From Candidatus Woesebacteria bacterium (GTDB taxonomy: Bacteria > Patescibacteriota > Microgenomatia > UBA1400 > UBA12108), in NCBI GenBank assembly GCA_031972135.1, contig DALYFH010000007.1:1-35231 (forward strand): DNA of 35,231 nt. Reading direction: 5' to 3'. The notes below the pieces were generated by a model, which was not told where the DNA came from, made no database searches, and saw nothing but the letters and a program-made list of their open reading frames with translations. The position numbers and the translations under genes are program-made. Positions 26,262 through 34,486 of the stretch are shown here, one piece after another; the stretch's first letter is position 1; each line of letters starts with the position of its first letter.

Positions 26262-27824
26262 TTAGCCCAGTTTAGAATTATTCCTTAATCTTGTGATGTG
26301 CGTAAAGATGAACGTAGATACATAGATTATGCTTGCTAAGTATAAGCCTACCCATACATACCATAAGTCATACTGGAAATATACTGGCTTGTACTGACTA
26401 GCCTGAGCAATAAATGATGCGATATTACTGGTATCGTAGTAGCTACCGGCAACAGTATATACAGATACTAATTGAAGTGTTAGAAAATAAGTAAATATCA
26501 TTCCAAGAATTATTTTATTGACATGTATTTTTGTTGTGAATGACCTTAGACCTTCGACGATTAGGAATAGCTGAGTTGATAAGAGTGGCATAAAATATCT
26601 AGCTTGAAAACCTAGCGATCTTCCTGATAAGTGATAGTAATTCCAATCGTAATAGACTAGCGCTGAGACATATATTATGTTAGCAGCTGATGCAAAGATT
26701 ATTAATTTGTGACTAAATTCAAAGTTTTTTGATCTGAGTACTCTATACAATGAGTATCCTAAACCGAGTACAGAAAGTAGTATCATTCTTATCCCACTCC
26801 ACCACCAAAGTCTTGGCACAATGATAGTGGTCCATTTGAACACACCCCAGTACCACACCACTAACTCGCTGGTGAACTTTTTTAGTATCATTTTGAGATA
26901 GACCATTAGTGAAAGACCAGTGCCTGAAATGGCTGTCGAATCTGCGATGTAAGGGTTACCACTATAAAATTTTGGTAATTCGTGCCAACCTGCGCCGAGC
27001 AAGACGACTGAAGAATATAAGACTAAGTTCTTGATCGCTACCCTTAAGCTCAACCTGTAGCTGGATAGGAAGATCGCCACTATTGCGATTGGGATCATTA
27101 TGTATGCTTGTGGTTTTGTGAGCAGATCGAGAACCAGTAAGATGGCAAAGTAGAGTGTGTGTGAATACGAGAGACCGTCTTTGATTACTCGAATACATAC
27201 GTAAACAAAGAGCGAGAAGAGTAAGTTGTGTAGATTATCAGGGTTGACTCCTGCTCCCATATAAGCAGTCATAGGATAGAAGAGTGCTAGAGTCGAAAAA
27301 TAATAGCCCATCTGTGTTGATGACCAAACTAGCCTACCTATCAGGTAGTAGACGTAGATTGTTGCAACTATCAATAGCGTCGAGAAAATTCTAGATGTGT
27401 AGAGTCTCGTAATGAGATCTGATGCGTAATTTATTCGATAGAATTGCCCTGTTAGGTAGTAATAGAGAGGTGGATAAACAGCACCTTGGTGTAGCGTGTA
27501 GGTCGAGCGATTGTGGGAAGTGTTTAGTGACCTGATAAGTTCTTCATTTTGCAGTCTTAGATCTTCGGAGTAATCAATACGATGTTTGGGATTGTGGGCA
27601 TATTTGTTACTTCCGTCAGTCATGACACCAAAGATGTATTCTATCTGCTCTTGCTCGCGAGTTAGATCAAACTCGCTCTCTCCCTGGATACACCCCTGGT
27701 CAACTAAAAAGTTGACAGTAGCAAAATGCGATTGCTCATCCGGAATTTCAAATGGTAGATGTAGTGCTTGCCACAACAACAAGATAAATACTGATGCGAT
27801 AAGAAAAAGTGTTAATTTTTTCAT
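26262..27824 (-). CDS. polytopic membrane protein, DUF2142-like (GT-C-related) candidate glycosyltransferase
   Basis: The N-terminal TM segment is followed by LPFEIPDEQSHFATVNFL, resembling the PDExxH motif I associate with DUF2142. There are more than 10 TM segments. The ATG at 27824 gives an ATGA overlap with the upstream stop; the track start at 27845 is longer. Confidence 0.55.
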   Translation of the reverse strand: MKKLTLFLIASVFILLLWQALHLPFEIPDEQSHFATVNFLVDQGCIQGESEFDLTREQEQIEYIFGVMTDGSNKYAHNPKHRIDYSEDLRLQNEELIRSLNTSHNRSTYTLHQGAVYPPLYYYLTGQFYRINYASDLITRLYTSRIFSTLLIVATIYVYYLIGRLVWSSTQMGYYFSTLALFYPMTAYMGAGVNPDNLHNLLFSLFVYVCIRVIKDGLSYSHTLYFAILLVLDLLTKPQAYIMIPIAIVAIFLSSYRLSLRVAIKNLVLYSSVVLLGAGWHELPKFYSGNPYIADSTAISGTGLSLMVYLKMILKKFTSELVVWYWGVFKWTTIIVPRLWWWSGIRMILLSVLGLGYSLYRVLRSKNFEFSHKLIIFASAANIIYVSALVYYDWNYYHLSGRSLGFQARYFMPLLSTQLFLIVEGLRSFTTKIHVNKIILGMIFTYFLTLQLVSVYTVAGSYYDTSNIASFIAQASQYKPVYFQYDLWYVWVGLYLASIIYVSTFIFTHITRLRNNSKLG

Positions 27825-28543
27825 TTTTCTGCCACGACATACCATGTATATCCAAGGTCTAGGGGCAAGAGCAATTCTAGGTACATAAAAGGAAATGCTA
27901 TTAATCTGACTAGCTTGCCAAGTGTGCCGATTTTGCCCCTCACCCCGAAGATATAGTGGTCGATCGCATCAAAAGGTATGACCAATCCGTGTGACACTAG
28001 AGGACCTAAGATTAGCCCTCTCGCCTTGCTGACTCTTAATTTAAACCCTGCTTTTTTTAGGCTGTTCTCCATTTTGAGCCGATTAATATAGTGGTTGGGA
28101 AAAACAAAGCGATAAAGGTTGATATACTTATAGAAACTATCATCCAGAACAGTACTAAACATGAGATACCCGTCTTTTTTAAGTGTGCGTTTTGCCTCGC
28201 TTATGACATGCTCTATTTCACCCTTTTCTAAATACTGAAACACCCCAATAAGAATGACTAAATCGTAAGTATTAGCGCCCCCAAATTTAGGCTGAGTGCT
28301 AGGCTTGATCGTGAATAACTTGATCTTAGAATTACTCCTATACTTTGCTTGACCTACGGAAACTGCATCAGCGCTAGTGTCGTATCCCTGATATTTTTTA
28401 ACTCTTTTGGTGTCGAGCAGATCAAGCAATATGCCGTTACCACACCCATAGTCTAGGATGCTAATCTGATCATGTTTCAAAAGATCGCTTATGATGCCTT
28501 TCCAAAAAAGATAAGTAGGATGCATGAGTAACGCATTATTCAT
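27821..28543 (-). CDS. class I SAM-dependent methyltransferase
   Basis: Motif I is ILDYGCGNGILLDLL. Later motifs are YDLVILIGVFQYL and LKKDGYLMFS. Confidence 0.8.
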   Translation of the reverse strand: MNNALLMHPTYLFWKGIISDLLKHDQISILDYGCGNGILLDLLDTKRVKKYQGYDTSADAVSVGQAKYRSNSKIKLFTIKPSTQPKFGGANTYDLVILIGVFQYLEKGEIEHVISEAKRTLKKDGYLMFSTVLDDSFYKYINLYRFVFPNHYINRLKMENSLKKAGFKLRVSKARGLILGPLVSHGLVIPFDAIDHYIFGVRGKIGTLGKLVRLIAFPFMYLELLLPLDLGYTWYVVAEK

Positions 28544-29408
28544 ACCTGATATTTTTCATCCTTGATGGTTTTATTTTAGGGGAAATAGCTATACAGTTGT
28601 GCACCTGGTCGAAATGTACGTATTTAGTTAATTTGCCATCTTGACTGACTAGGTACAATTTGTAACCATAGCTACTTAGTAGTTCTCTAGTCTTAAGATT
28701 GTCCTGGTAACAGCTGCCTGATTGGTCGTTTACTTCGAATACGATCACATCAATTTTGTGTTTAGTTAAGAGAGACTTTGAACCTCTGATTACAGCATAT
28801 TCGTAGCCTTCGACGTCTATCTTGAGCAAATTAACATGCTGGATATCATAAACTGAAGCATATTTGTCGAGCGTAATAGTTTTGATACTAATCTCTTTTG
28901 ATCCCTTATTTTTGTGTAGACTATTCACCTCTGATTCAGTAGATAGGTAAAATTTGGTATATCCGTTATGGTCTGAGATAGCCATACTCTCAACCACAAT
29001 TCTGTCCATCAAATTGTTAATGCTAATATTTGCTTTTAAATGAGGCAAGATTGCAGGAGTTGGTTCAAAGCTATATATGCGACCACTAGCTAACTTTGAG
29101 CCTAGCAATACAGTTTCGCTACCGATATGTGCACCGATGTCGACCACTATGTCATTTGCCTCGACAAATTGATACATAAACATTTGTTCGGCGTACTCTG
29201 GCAAAGAGTTGTAGAAAACTAGACTTCCATAGGAACTCTTGGGGTCACAAATGAGCTTTGCACCAGGCATCATTTCGACAATTACATTCAACTTAAGTAA
29301 ATGTCTATTTACCATCCACCAGGCGAGACGTAGTGTAGTAATAATTTTTCTGCCTTTATTATTAGGATGTGAGTAAATGCGTATCAACGCTTTGATTATT
29401 ATTTCCAT
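28536..29408 (-). CDS. FkbM-family methyltransferase
   Basis: Motifs: VVDIGAHIGSETVLLG...IYSFEPTP...NLLKIDVEGYEYAVIRGS. Confidence 0.85.
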   Translation of the reverse strand: MEIIIKALIRIYSHPNNKGRKIITTLRLAWWMVNRHLLKLNVIVEMMPGAKLICDPKSSYGSLVFYNSLPEYAEQMFMYQFVEANDIVVDIGAHIGSETVLLGSKLASGRIYSFEPTPAILPHLKANISINNLMDRIVVESMAISDHNGYTKFYLSTESEVNSLHKNKGSKEISIKTITLDKYASVYDIQHVNLLKIDVEGYEYAVIRGSKSLLTKHKIDVIVFEVNDQSGSCYQDNLKTRELLSSYGYKLYLVSQDGKLTKYVHFDQVHNCIAISPKIKPSRMKNIRYE

Positions 29409-31636
29409 ATGCTTAAGAATAACATTTCCGCATCAGCGGTAAACTTTGCTGCCCAGTTGATATACGAAAGACGACAATAACCTCGATTATGGAGCAAATC
29501 ACCATAGATTGGCCTAGATCCTGGGATACCGCCGTTAGGCGACTTGTCTCTCCCTATTCTAGTAATGAGTTTATACGCGCTGGATAGGTATGACTGATTA
29601 TTAGTAATTTTGTAAGTTTCTATAAACAGAATTGCAAACTGCGCTTCGCCGGTCAGACAACCAAACCTTTCTTGCGGTTTCCAGTTTTGATCAAAATATG
29701 AAGGGAGTTTATTATTTAATAGGTAGTACTGATGTACTTTATCTATAATTCTCAATGCTGAGGATTCGTATTTTTTTGATTTTAGTATTTTTGAGCTATA
29801 TAGCAATCCTTCGGCGACATATGCAATTGTGTGAGTGATGGTATATGGGTATTTAGCAACTGGCAACTCAGCATTTGTTACAAAACCATTTTTCTTTTGT
29901 TTTGAGATTACCCAATCTAATTGTTTAATCGCTGCTCTTTTAAACTTTAATTTGTTATTTACTTCATATAATTTTAGGAGTGCATAAGCTACTCGTGAAT
30001 GATATGTTTTTGGTTCGCTGTTATGTGTGTACTTAGTCCATGATCCATCCTGATTTTGAGTAGCAACTAAAAAATCTGCTGCTAACTGTGCAGAATCTAG
30101 ATACTTTTTGACGTTAGTTGCGAGATATAGGTCGACTAGTCCGATAATATCTTGAGCAGTGTTAAAGATTGTAGGTTCGGATAATTCTACCTGATGTCTG
30201 GTGTACGTCCGATATCCTCCGATACTTAGCTGATTATTTATAATAAAGTTCCCCATCTTTTGCGCTAGCTTGAGATACTTTTTATTACTTTTGTATTTTG
30301 CGGCATCAAGAAAAGTCGAAATAATGTAACCAGTCGTTTCGATAAACGAAGGTGCCCATCCCCTGATTATCATATGGTATGCAGACACACCTCCGTCACT
30401 AGTCACACGCTGCGCTTCTTCGAGCCAATTTAAGGTTTTTGATAGACTGCCTTCCATGTCCTCTGTTATGACATCTAAATATTTATTTGCTATCATGTTC
30501 CAACTTAGTTCGCTTAGTATTAAGTTTCTACCCCTTTTCCCCATGTTTTTAGATTCCTTGGGGTTGTTAATTAGGAATTGCATTTTATCAGCGAGGTCAC
30601 TACTATCTCCCCTTAGATATTTGAGGGCATTGTTGTTTTTGAACCTCTGCTTCACCCCGACTTCATTGTTAGCAATAAAGGGTATTTCGCAAGCTGCAGC
30701 ATCATTCATCGAAGTCGATTCCTCTAGGGGCCAGATCCCAAAATCTGAAGCGGAGTAGAATTTATACAATTCTTTTGTTTCTTTAAATCCAATGAGGTGG
30801 ATGCGATTGAGATATACAGTGTCAACTAGACTTTCACATTGCTTGATGTAATCATCCCCACCTGAGCCAACGATTAAGAGGTGGAGTTTAGGATTGTTTT
30901 TGGCTAGCCTACCAAATGCCTCATACAAAATAGAGACGCCTTTGGTAGGAATTATTTTGCCAGTATAGATACCCACGCTCGCTGACATTGGGATCTGATA
31001 CTTTTTTCGGATTATCCTCCTGGCCGTGCCATCATACCTAAACCGATCTGGGTCTGTACCAAGTGGGATGTGTAATACAGGTGACTGACCGTATAAGTTA
31101 GTCATAACATCGACTGTTCCTTCTTGGACTGCGATATATTTATCTACACGGTTATTCATATATCGGGAAACAATTAATCTATATAGCCAATAAACAAAGT
31201 CTTTGAACGCAATATTTCCGACAGCGTTATAACCCGACATCAAATGGGCGTCATAGGTGATTAACTTATACTGATATTTAGATTTAAGTCTTGCTGCCTG
31301 AAATGAGTTATAGCTCGACGATTTGTTTACTATGACTATATCTGGTCTTATTTTGTTAATTACTGACTCATGACCACCAAATACTGCTCTAGTGAAAATT
31401 TCAAACTGCATGGGCTGCTTAATAACTGTGATCTTGTCTTGCTTAAAAGTTCCAGGTTTTTGACGTCGTGATCCGAGTAATTTGCCTGCTGTATCAGCAT
31501 AGTTTGGAAATGGATAGTAATGATCAGAAGTCAGGATAGTGACTTCGTGTCCTAGCTTAGACCATTCACTCGGCAGATAATACTCGTTATATCCTATTTG
31601 TGGCTGGTAGTAGTCGACCATGTAGAGGATTTTCAT
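29399..31636 (-). CDS. bifunctional fusion: N-terminal GT4 glycosyltransferase plus a C-terminal ~350-aa alpha/alpha-toroid (terpene-cyclase/prenyltransferase-repeat-like) domain
   Basis: The N-terminal half reads MKILYMVDYYQPQIGYNEYYL...LHLLIVGSGGD...PLEESTSMNDAAACEIPFIANN (GT-B/GT4). The C-terminal half has repeated helical-hairpin motifs: LNWLEEAQRVTSDGGVSAY, FLVATQNQDGSWTKY, LDWVISKQKKNGFV and SPNGGIPGS. The ATG at 31636 forms an ATGA overlap with the wecB stop; the track TTG start at 31690 is probably spurious. Confidence 0.72.
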   Translation of the reverse strand: MKILYMVDYYQPQIGYNEYYLPSEWSKLGHEVTILTSDHYYPFPNYADTAGKLLGSRRQKPGTFKQDKITVIKQPMQFEIFTRAVFGGHESVINKIRPDIVIVNKSSSYNSFQAARLKSKYQYKLITYDAHLMSGYNAVGNIAFKDFVYWLYRLIVSRYMNNRVDKYIAVQEGTVDVMTNLYGQSPVLHIPLGTDPDRFRYDGTARRIIRKKYQIPMSASVGIYTGKIIPTKGVSILYEAFGRLAKNNPKLHLLIVGSGGDDYIKQCESLVDTVYLNRIHLIGFKETKELYKFYSASDFGIWPLEESTSMNDAAACEIPFIANNEVGVKQRFKNNNALKYLRGDSSDLADKMQFLINNPKESKNMGKRGRNLILSELSWNMIANKYLDVITEDMEGSLSKTLNWLEEAQRVTSDGGVSAYHMIIRGWAPSFIETTGYIISTFLDAAKYKSNKKYLKLAQKMGNFIINNQLSIGGYRTYTRHQVELSEPTIFNTAQDIIGLVDLYLATNVKKYLDSAQLAADFLVATQNQDGSWTKYTHNSEPKTYHSRVAYALLKLYEVNNKLKFKRAAIKQLDWVISKQKKNGFVTNAELPVAKYPYTITHTIAYVAEGLLYSSKILKSKKYESSALRIIDKVHQYYLLNNKLPSYFDQNWKPQERFGCLTGEAQFAILFIETYKITNNQSYLSSAYKLITRIGRDKSPNGGIPGSRPIYGDLLHNRGYCRLSYINWAAKFTADAEMLFLSIWK

Positions 31637-32685
31637 AGGGATGAGATTATCCTCTCTGCTGTATCGCCTTCGCCGTAAGGCTGTTTCCAACCTCCCTGGA
31701 GCTTCTCGAAATAGCTTATCGCGCTTACCATCTTATTTAGATCACTCCCCACCAAGACATTAGATCCTAGTTCTACTGTCTCTGGTCGTTCGGTATTATC
31801 TCGCAGTGTGATGCATGGAATCCCGAGGATACAAGCCTCCTCTTGAATGCCGCCTGAGTCAGTAAACACCATTCTCGCATTGTTGAGCAAAGCAAGGAAG
31901 TTAAAATAATCCTGAGGTTCGATCAGACTAAGTCCAGTGGTATCTATCGCATGTTTGTCGAGTAACTGTTTGGTTCTCGGGTGTAGAGGCAAGACTAGCA
32001 TAGTTGAAGTATCTTTTACTATGCGTTGGAAGTTAGATATCATTTGTTTAAGCGTTATTGGATCATCTACATTCTCTTGGCGATGGAGGGTGGCTAGAAA
32101 GTATTGTTTTGGAGCTATATACGGAGGGAGAGTAATATTACTTGATTTTTTAAGACCATATTTGAGAGCGTCGGCTATAGTATTGCCGACTATCTTTATC
32201 TTATCCTTACTTATCCCTTCGGTTAGCAGATAATTATAGGAAGTGTGAGTAGGCGCAAAAAGCAGATCAGACATATGATCAATCAAGACTCGGTTTAGCT
32301 CTTCTGGCATACGGCGATCAAAACTCCTAAGTCCCGCCTCTATATGTCCAACTTTGATACCTAGTTTTGCCGCAGCAAGTGCACCTGCAAGAGCTGAGTT
32401 TGTATCACCTTGAACTAAGACAATGCTTGGTTTATGTTTGAGTAGTATTCTCTCGATCCCGACTAATGCCTCTGCAACCATTTCGGCATGCGACTTTGAT
32501 CCTACGTTTAGTTCATAATCTGGACTCGGGAGCTCCAAGTTTTCAAAAAACACATCGTTCATGTTCTGTGAAAAATGCTGTCCGGTATGTATGGTAACAA
32601 GTTCACGTTTTTGCGCTAATCCTATCCTGATTATCGGACTCAGCTTAATTATTTCTGGTCTAGTCCCATAGACAACTGCAATCAT
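31633..32685 (-). CDS. wecB: UDP-N-acetylglucosamine 2-epimerase (non-hydrolysing)
   Basis: Motifs: MIAVVYGTRPEIIKLSPII, HTGQHFS, VQGDTNSALAGALAAAKLGIKVGHIEAGLRSFDRRMPEELNRVLIDH, ATLHRQENVD, PLHPRT and FTDSGGIQEEACILGIPCITLRDNTERPET. Confidence 0.92.
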   Translation of the reverse strand: MIAVVYGTRPEIIKLSPIIRIGLAQKRELVTIHTGQHFSQNMNDVFFENLELPSPDYELNVGSKSHAEMVAEALVGIERILLKHKPSIVLVQGDTNSALAGALAAAKLGIKVGHIEAGLRSFDRRMPEELNRVLIDHMSDLLFAPTHTSYNYLLTEGISKDKIKIVGNTIADALKYGLKKSSNITLPPYIAPKQYFLATLHRQENVDDPITLKQMISNFQRIVKDTSTMLVLPLHPRTKQLLDKHAIDTTGLSLIEPQDYFNFLALLNNARMVFTDSGGIQEEACILGIPCITLRDNTERPETVELGSNVLVGSDLNKMVSAISYFEKLQGGWKQPYGEGDTAERIISSL

Positions 32686-32688
32686 AGG

Positions 32689-33423
32689 TTATTTTTCTAG
32701 TACAAAAATTTTCATTGCCCCAAAAGACGGCAATATTCTGGTCATGAAGGAATCTATTGATATTAAGACCTTCTGTATGGCGGGGTAGTTATTTGTATGT
32801 AAAAACACTCCACGTGGTATAAAAAATGCGCTTTCGTATGTGGTTAGCCTCAGACCGGCTTTTGCAAATATCTTGGCATAGACAGTTGGTGAAAGGTAGT
32901 AGTTGTACCTACCATAAGGAAATAGAAAAGATACTATGTACTCTAGTGAATGGCTACTGAGACCGCTTAAGAAGAACATGCCTCCTTTTTTTAATGATTT
33001 TGAGCCATTGATAAGTATCTTAATCTGATCAGCCTCGTCAAAGTGATCAAAAAAACGAAGCGAAGTAACACCATCAAATTTGGTACTTGAGGGTATTTTG
33101 TCAAATACAGATTGGATATAGATATGATCACGCCCAAATTCTTTAGTCAAAAATGATAGCATGCTTTCACTTGAATCCAGGCAATATGTGTTATAACCCG
33201 CTTTCTTTAGAGGTATAGATAGTCTACCTCGTCCTGAGCCAAGGTCCAAAACTTTTGGAGAGTCAACCCCCAAGCTTTTCTTCATGATATTTAGGGTAGT
33301 TGAGACTTCGGTACTATTTATATATTCACCACCCTTGCCAACAAAACGTCGATTATCGTAGGTAGATGCAACATCGTTAATCTGATAGTATTTTTGAATT
33401 TCTTTTTTATTTTTGCGTTTCAT
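32689..33423 (-). CDS. class I SAM-dependent methyltransferase
   Basis: Motif I is VLDLGSGRGRLSIPLKKAG. Later motifs are FDGVTSLRFFDHF and LKKGGMFFLS. Confidence 0.8.
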   Translation of the reverse strand: MKRKNKKEIQKYYQINDVASTYDNRRFVGKGGEYINSTEVSTTLNIMKKSLGVDSPKVLDLGSGRGRLSIPLKKAGYNTYCLDSSESMLSFLTKEFGRDHIYIQSVFDKIPSSTKFDGVTSLRFFDHFDEADQIKILINGSKSLKKGGMFFLSGLSSHSLEYIVSFLFPYGRYNYYLSPTVYAKIFAKAGLRLTTYESAFFIPRGVFLHTNNYPAIQKVLISIDSFMTRILPSFGAMKIFVLEK

Positions 33424-34486
33424 ATAGCTTCCTTAGTTGTAAAATATAATTATCAGTTGAATATTTTTTAATTATAACGCTTCTAGCATTTTTTGATTTA
33501 TTAAGTAATGATTTTATGTCTTTCTGGCATGAAATTAATGCTTCATGTATCGTAGATGTATCTATAGTTTTTAGCAAGATTGAGTTTTGGTCGTTTAAGA
33601 CTCCTTGCACTGACTCTATCGGTGTGGTCATAACTACGCACCCCGCCTCCATTGCTTCGAGAACGGTATTGGGAGTGGATGCCGCCCCAAACTGGTCATG
33701 GATAGGCAAGAGGTAGAGATCGTTATTACGGAAAAAAGTAGATGGATCTACCTTGCCTTCAATATGGATTTTTATCTGTTGCTCTTTTGACACTTCGAGA
33801 AACTCTTTGATCACATCCTCTCTCGGTCCTATATCACTAAACGCAAAGCTGTACTTGATAGAATTATTGCCAAATCTAGAATCCTTGAACATCTCAGGAA
33901 ATATTGATATACCTTTTTTTGTTAAAGGATGACCTAAGTAGCAAACACGTAGGGGTGAGTTATATCTTTGACGCTTAAGTGGCATTATATCAACAGAAGT
34001 TGGCAGGTAATGAATGGCGTACTTATTGCAGAGATTTAGATTACGACTAAAACAGATGTCTGCTGATTTGCGGACTGAGTCAAATATAAATTTATTGTTA
34101 CCGATTAGCCTGATAAAAGTCTCGTAAGTTAAATGACGCGATGATCCATAATCATTTTGAATTTCCTTGATAAATACTAAGCGAGGAAAATTTGCCAAAA
34201 TTGACTTGGTAAAAATATATGAAGATATAGGCAAGGCAAATACATCCACTATGTGCGTATAGTGGTTCTTTGATATAGCGTGATTTATCTTCTCGATAAT
34301 TTTATGACGGTTACTAATACACTTGGCTAGAGACTCGGTTCCCACTAACTGGTCGATCGAGATAATATCGCAAGCTAGGCCTATTTGTTTATGTACGTGT
34401 TGGAGCTTGATCGTTGACTTAGAGATTGCTTCTGAACGAGTAGGACTCAAGCCATATCCCAAGATTAAAGTTTTACTTTTTTTCAT
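33407..34486 (-). CDS. glycosyltransferase, divergent GT4-like (GT-B)
   Basis: The C-terminal region is IHDQFGAASTPNTVLEAMEAGCVVMTTPIESVQGVL, the GT-B nucleotide-sugar-binding region. The N-terminal half is not recognisable. Confidence 0.6.
   Translation of the reverse strand: MKKSKTLILGYGLSPTRSEAISKSTIKLQHVHKQIGLACDIISIDQLVGTESLAKCISNRHKIIEKINHAISKNHYTHIVDVFALPISSYIFTKSILANFPRLVFIKEIQNDYGSSRHLTYETFIRLIGNNKFIFDSVRKSADICFSRNLNLCNKYAIHYLPTSVDIMPLKRQRYNSPLRVCYLGHPLTKKGISIFPEMFKDSRFGNNSIKYSFAFSDIGPREDVIKEFLEVSKEQQIKIHIEGKVDPSTFFRNNDLYLLPIHDQFGAASTPNTVLEAMEAGCVVMTTPIESVQGVLNDQNSILLKTIDTSTIHEALISCQKDIKSLLNKSKNARSVIIKKYSTDNYILQLRKLYETQK

Noticed and set aside
2019-31690. N-terminal extensions in the track that begin at TTG or GTG: recO 2030, PGT 4696, GT2 21459, hypothetical 23400, GT4-fusion 31690, and the longer start at 27845.
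   Set aside because: I checked the codons. These are non-ATG starts that create long overlaps (25-58 nt) with the upstream gene and add unnatural-looking residues. An ATG a few codons downstream gives a family-typical N-terminus and, in two cases, a precise ATGA junction. For the GT-C gene at 11477 the GTG is kept because no nearby ATG exists.
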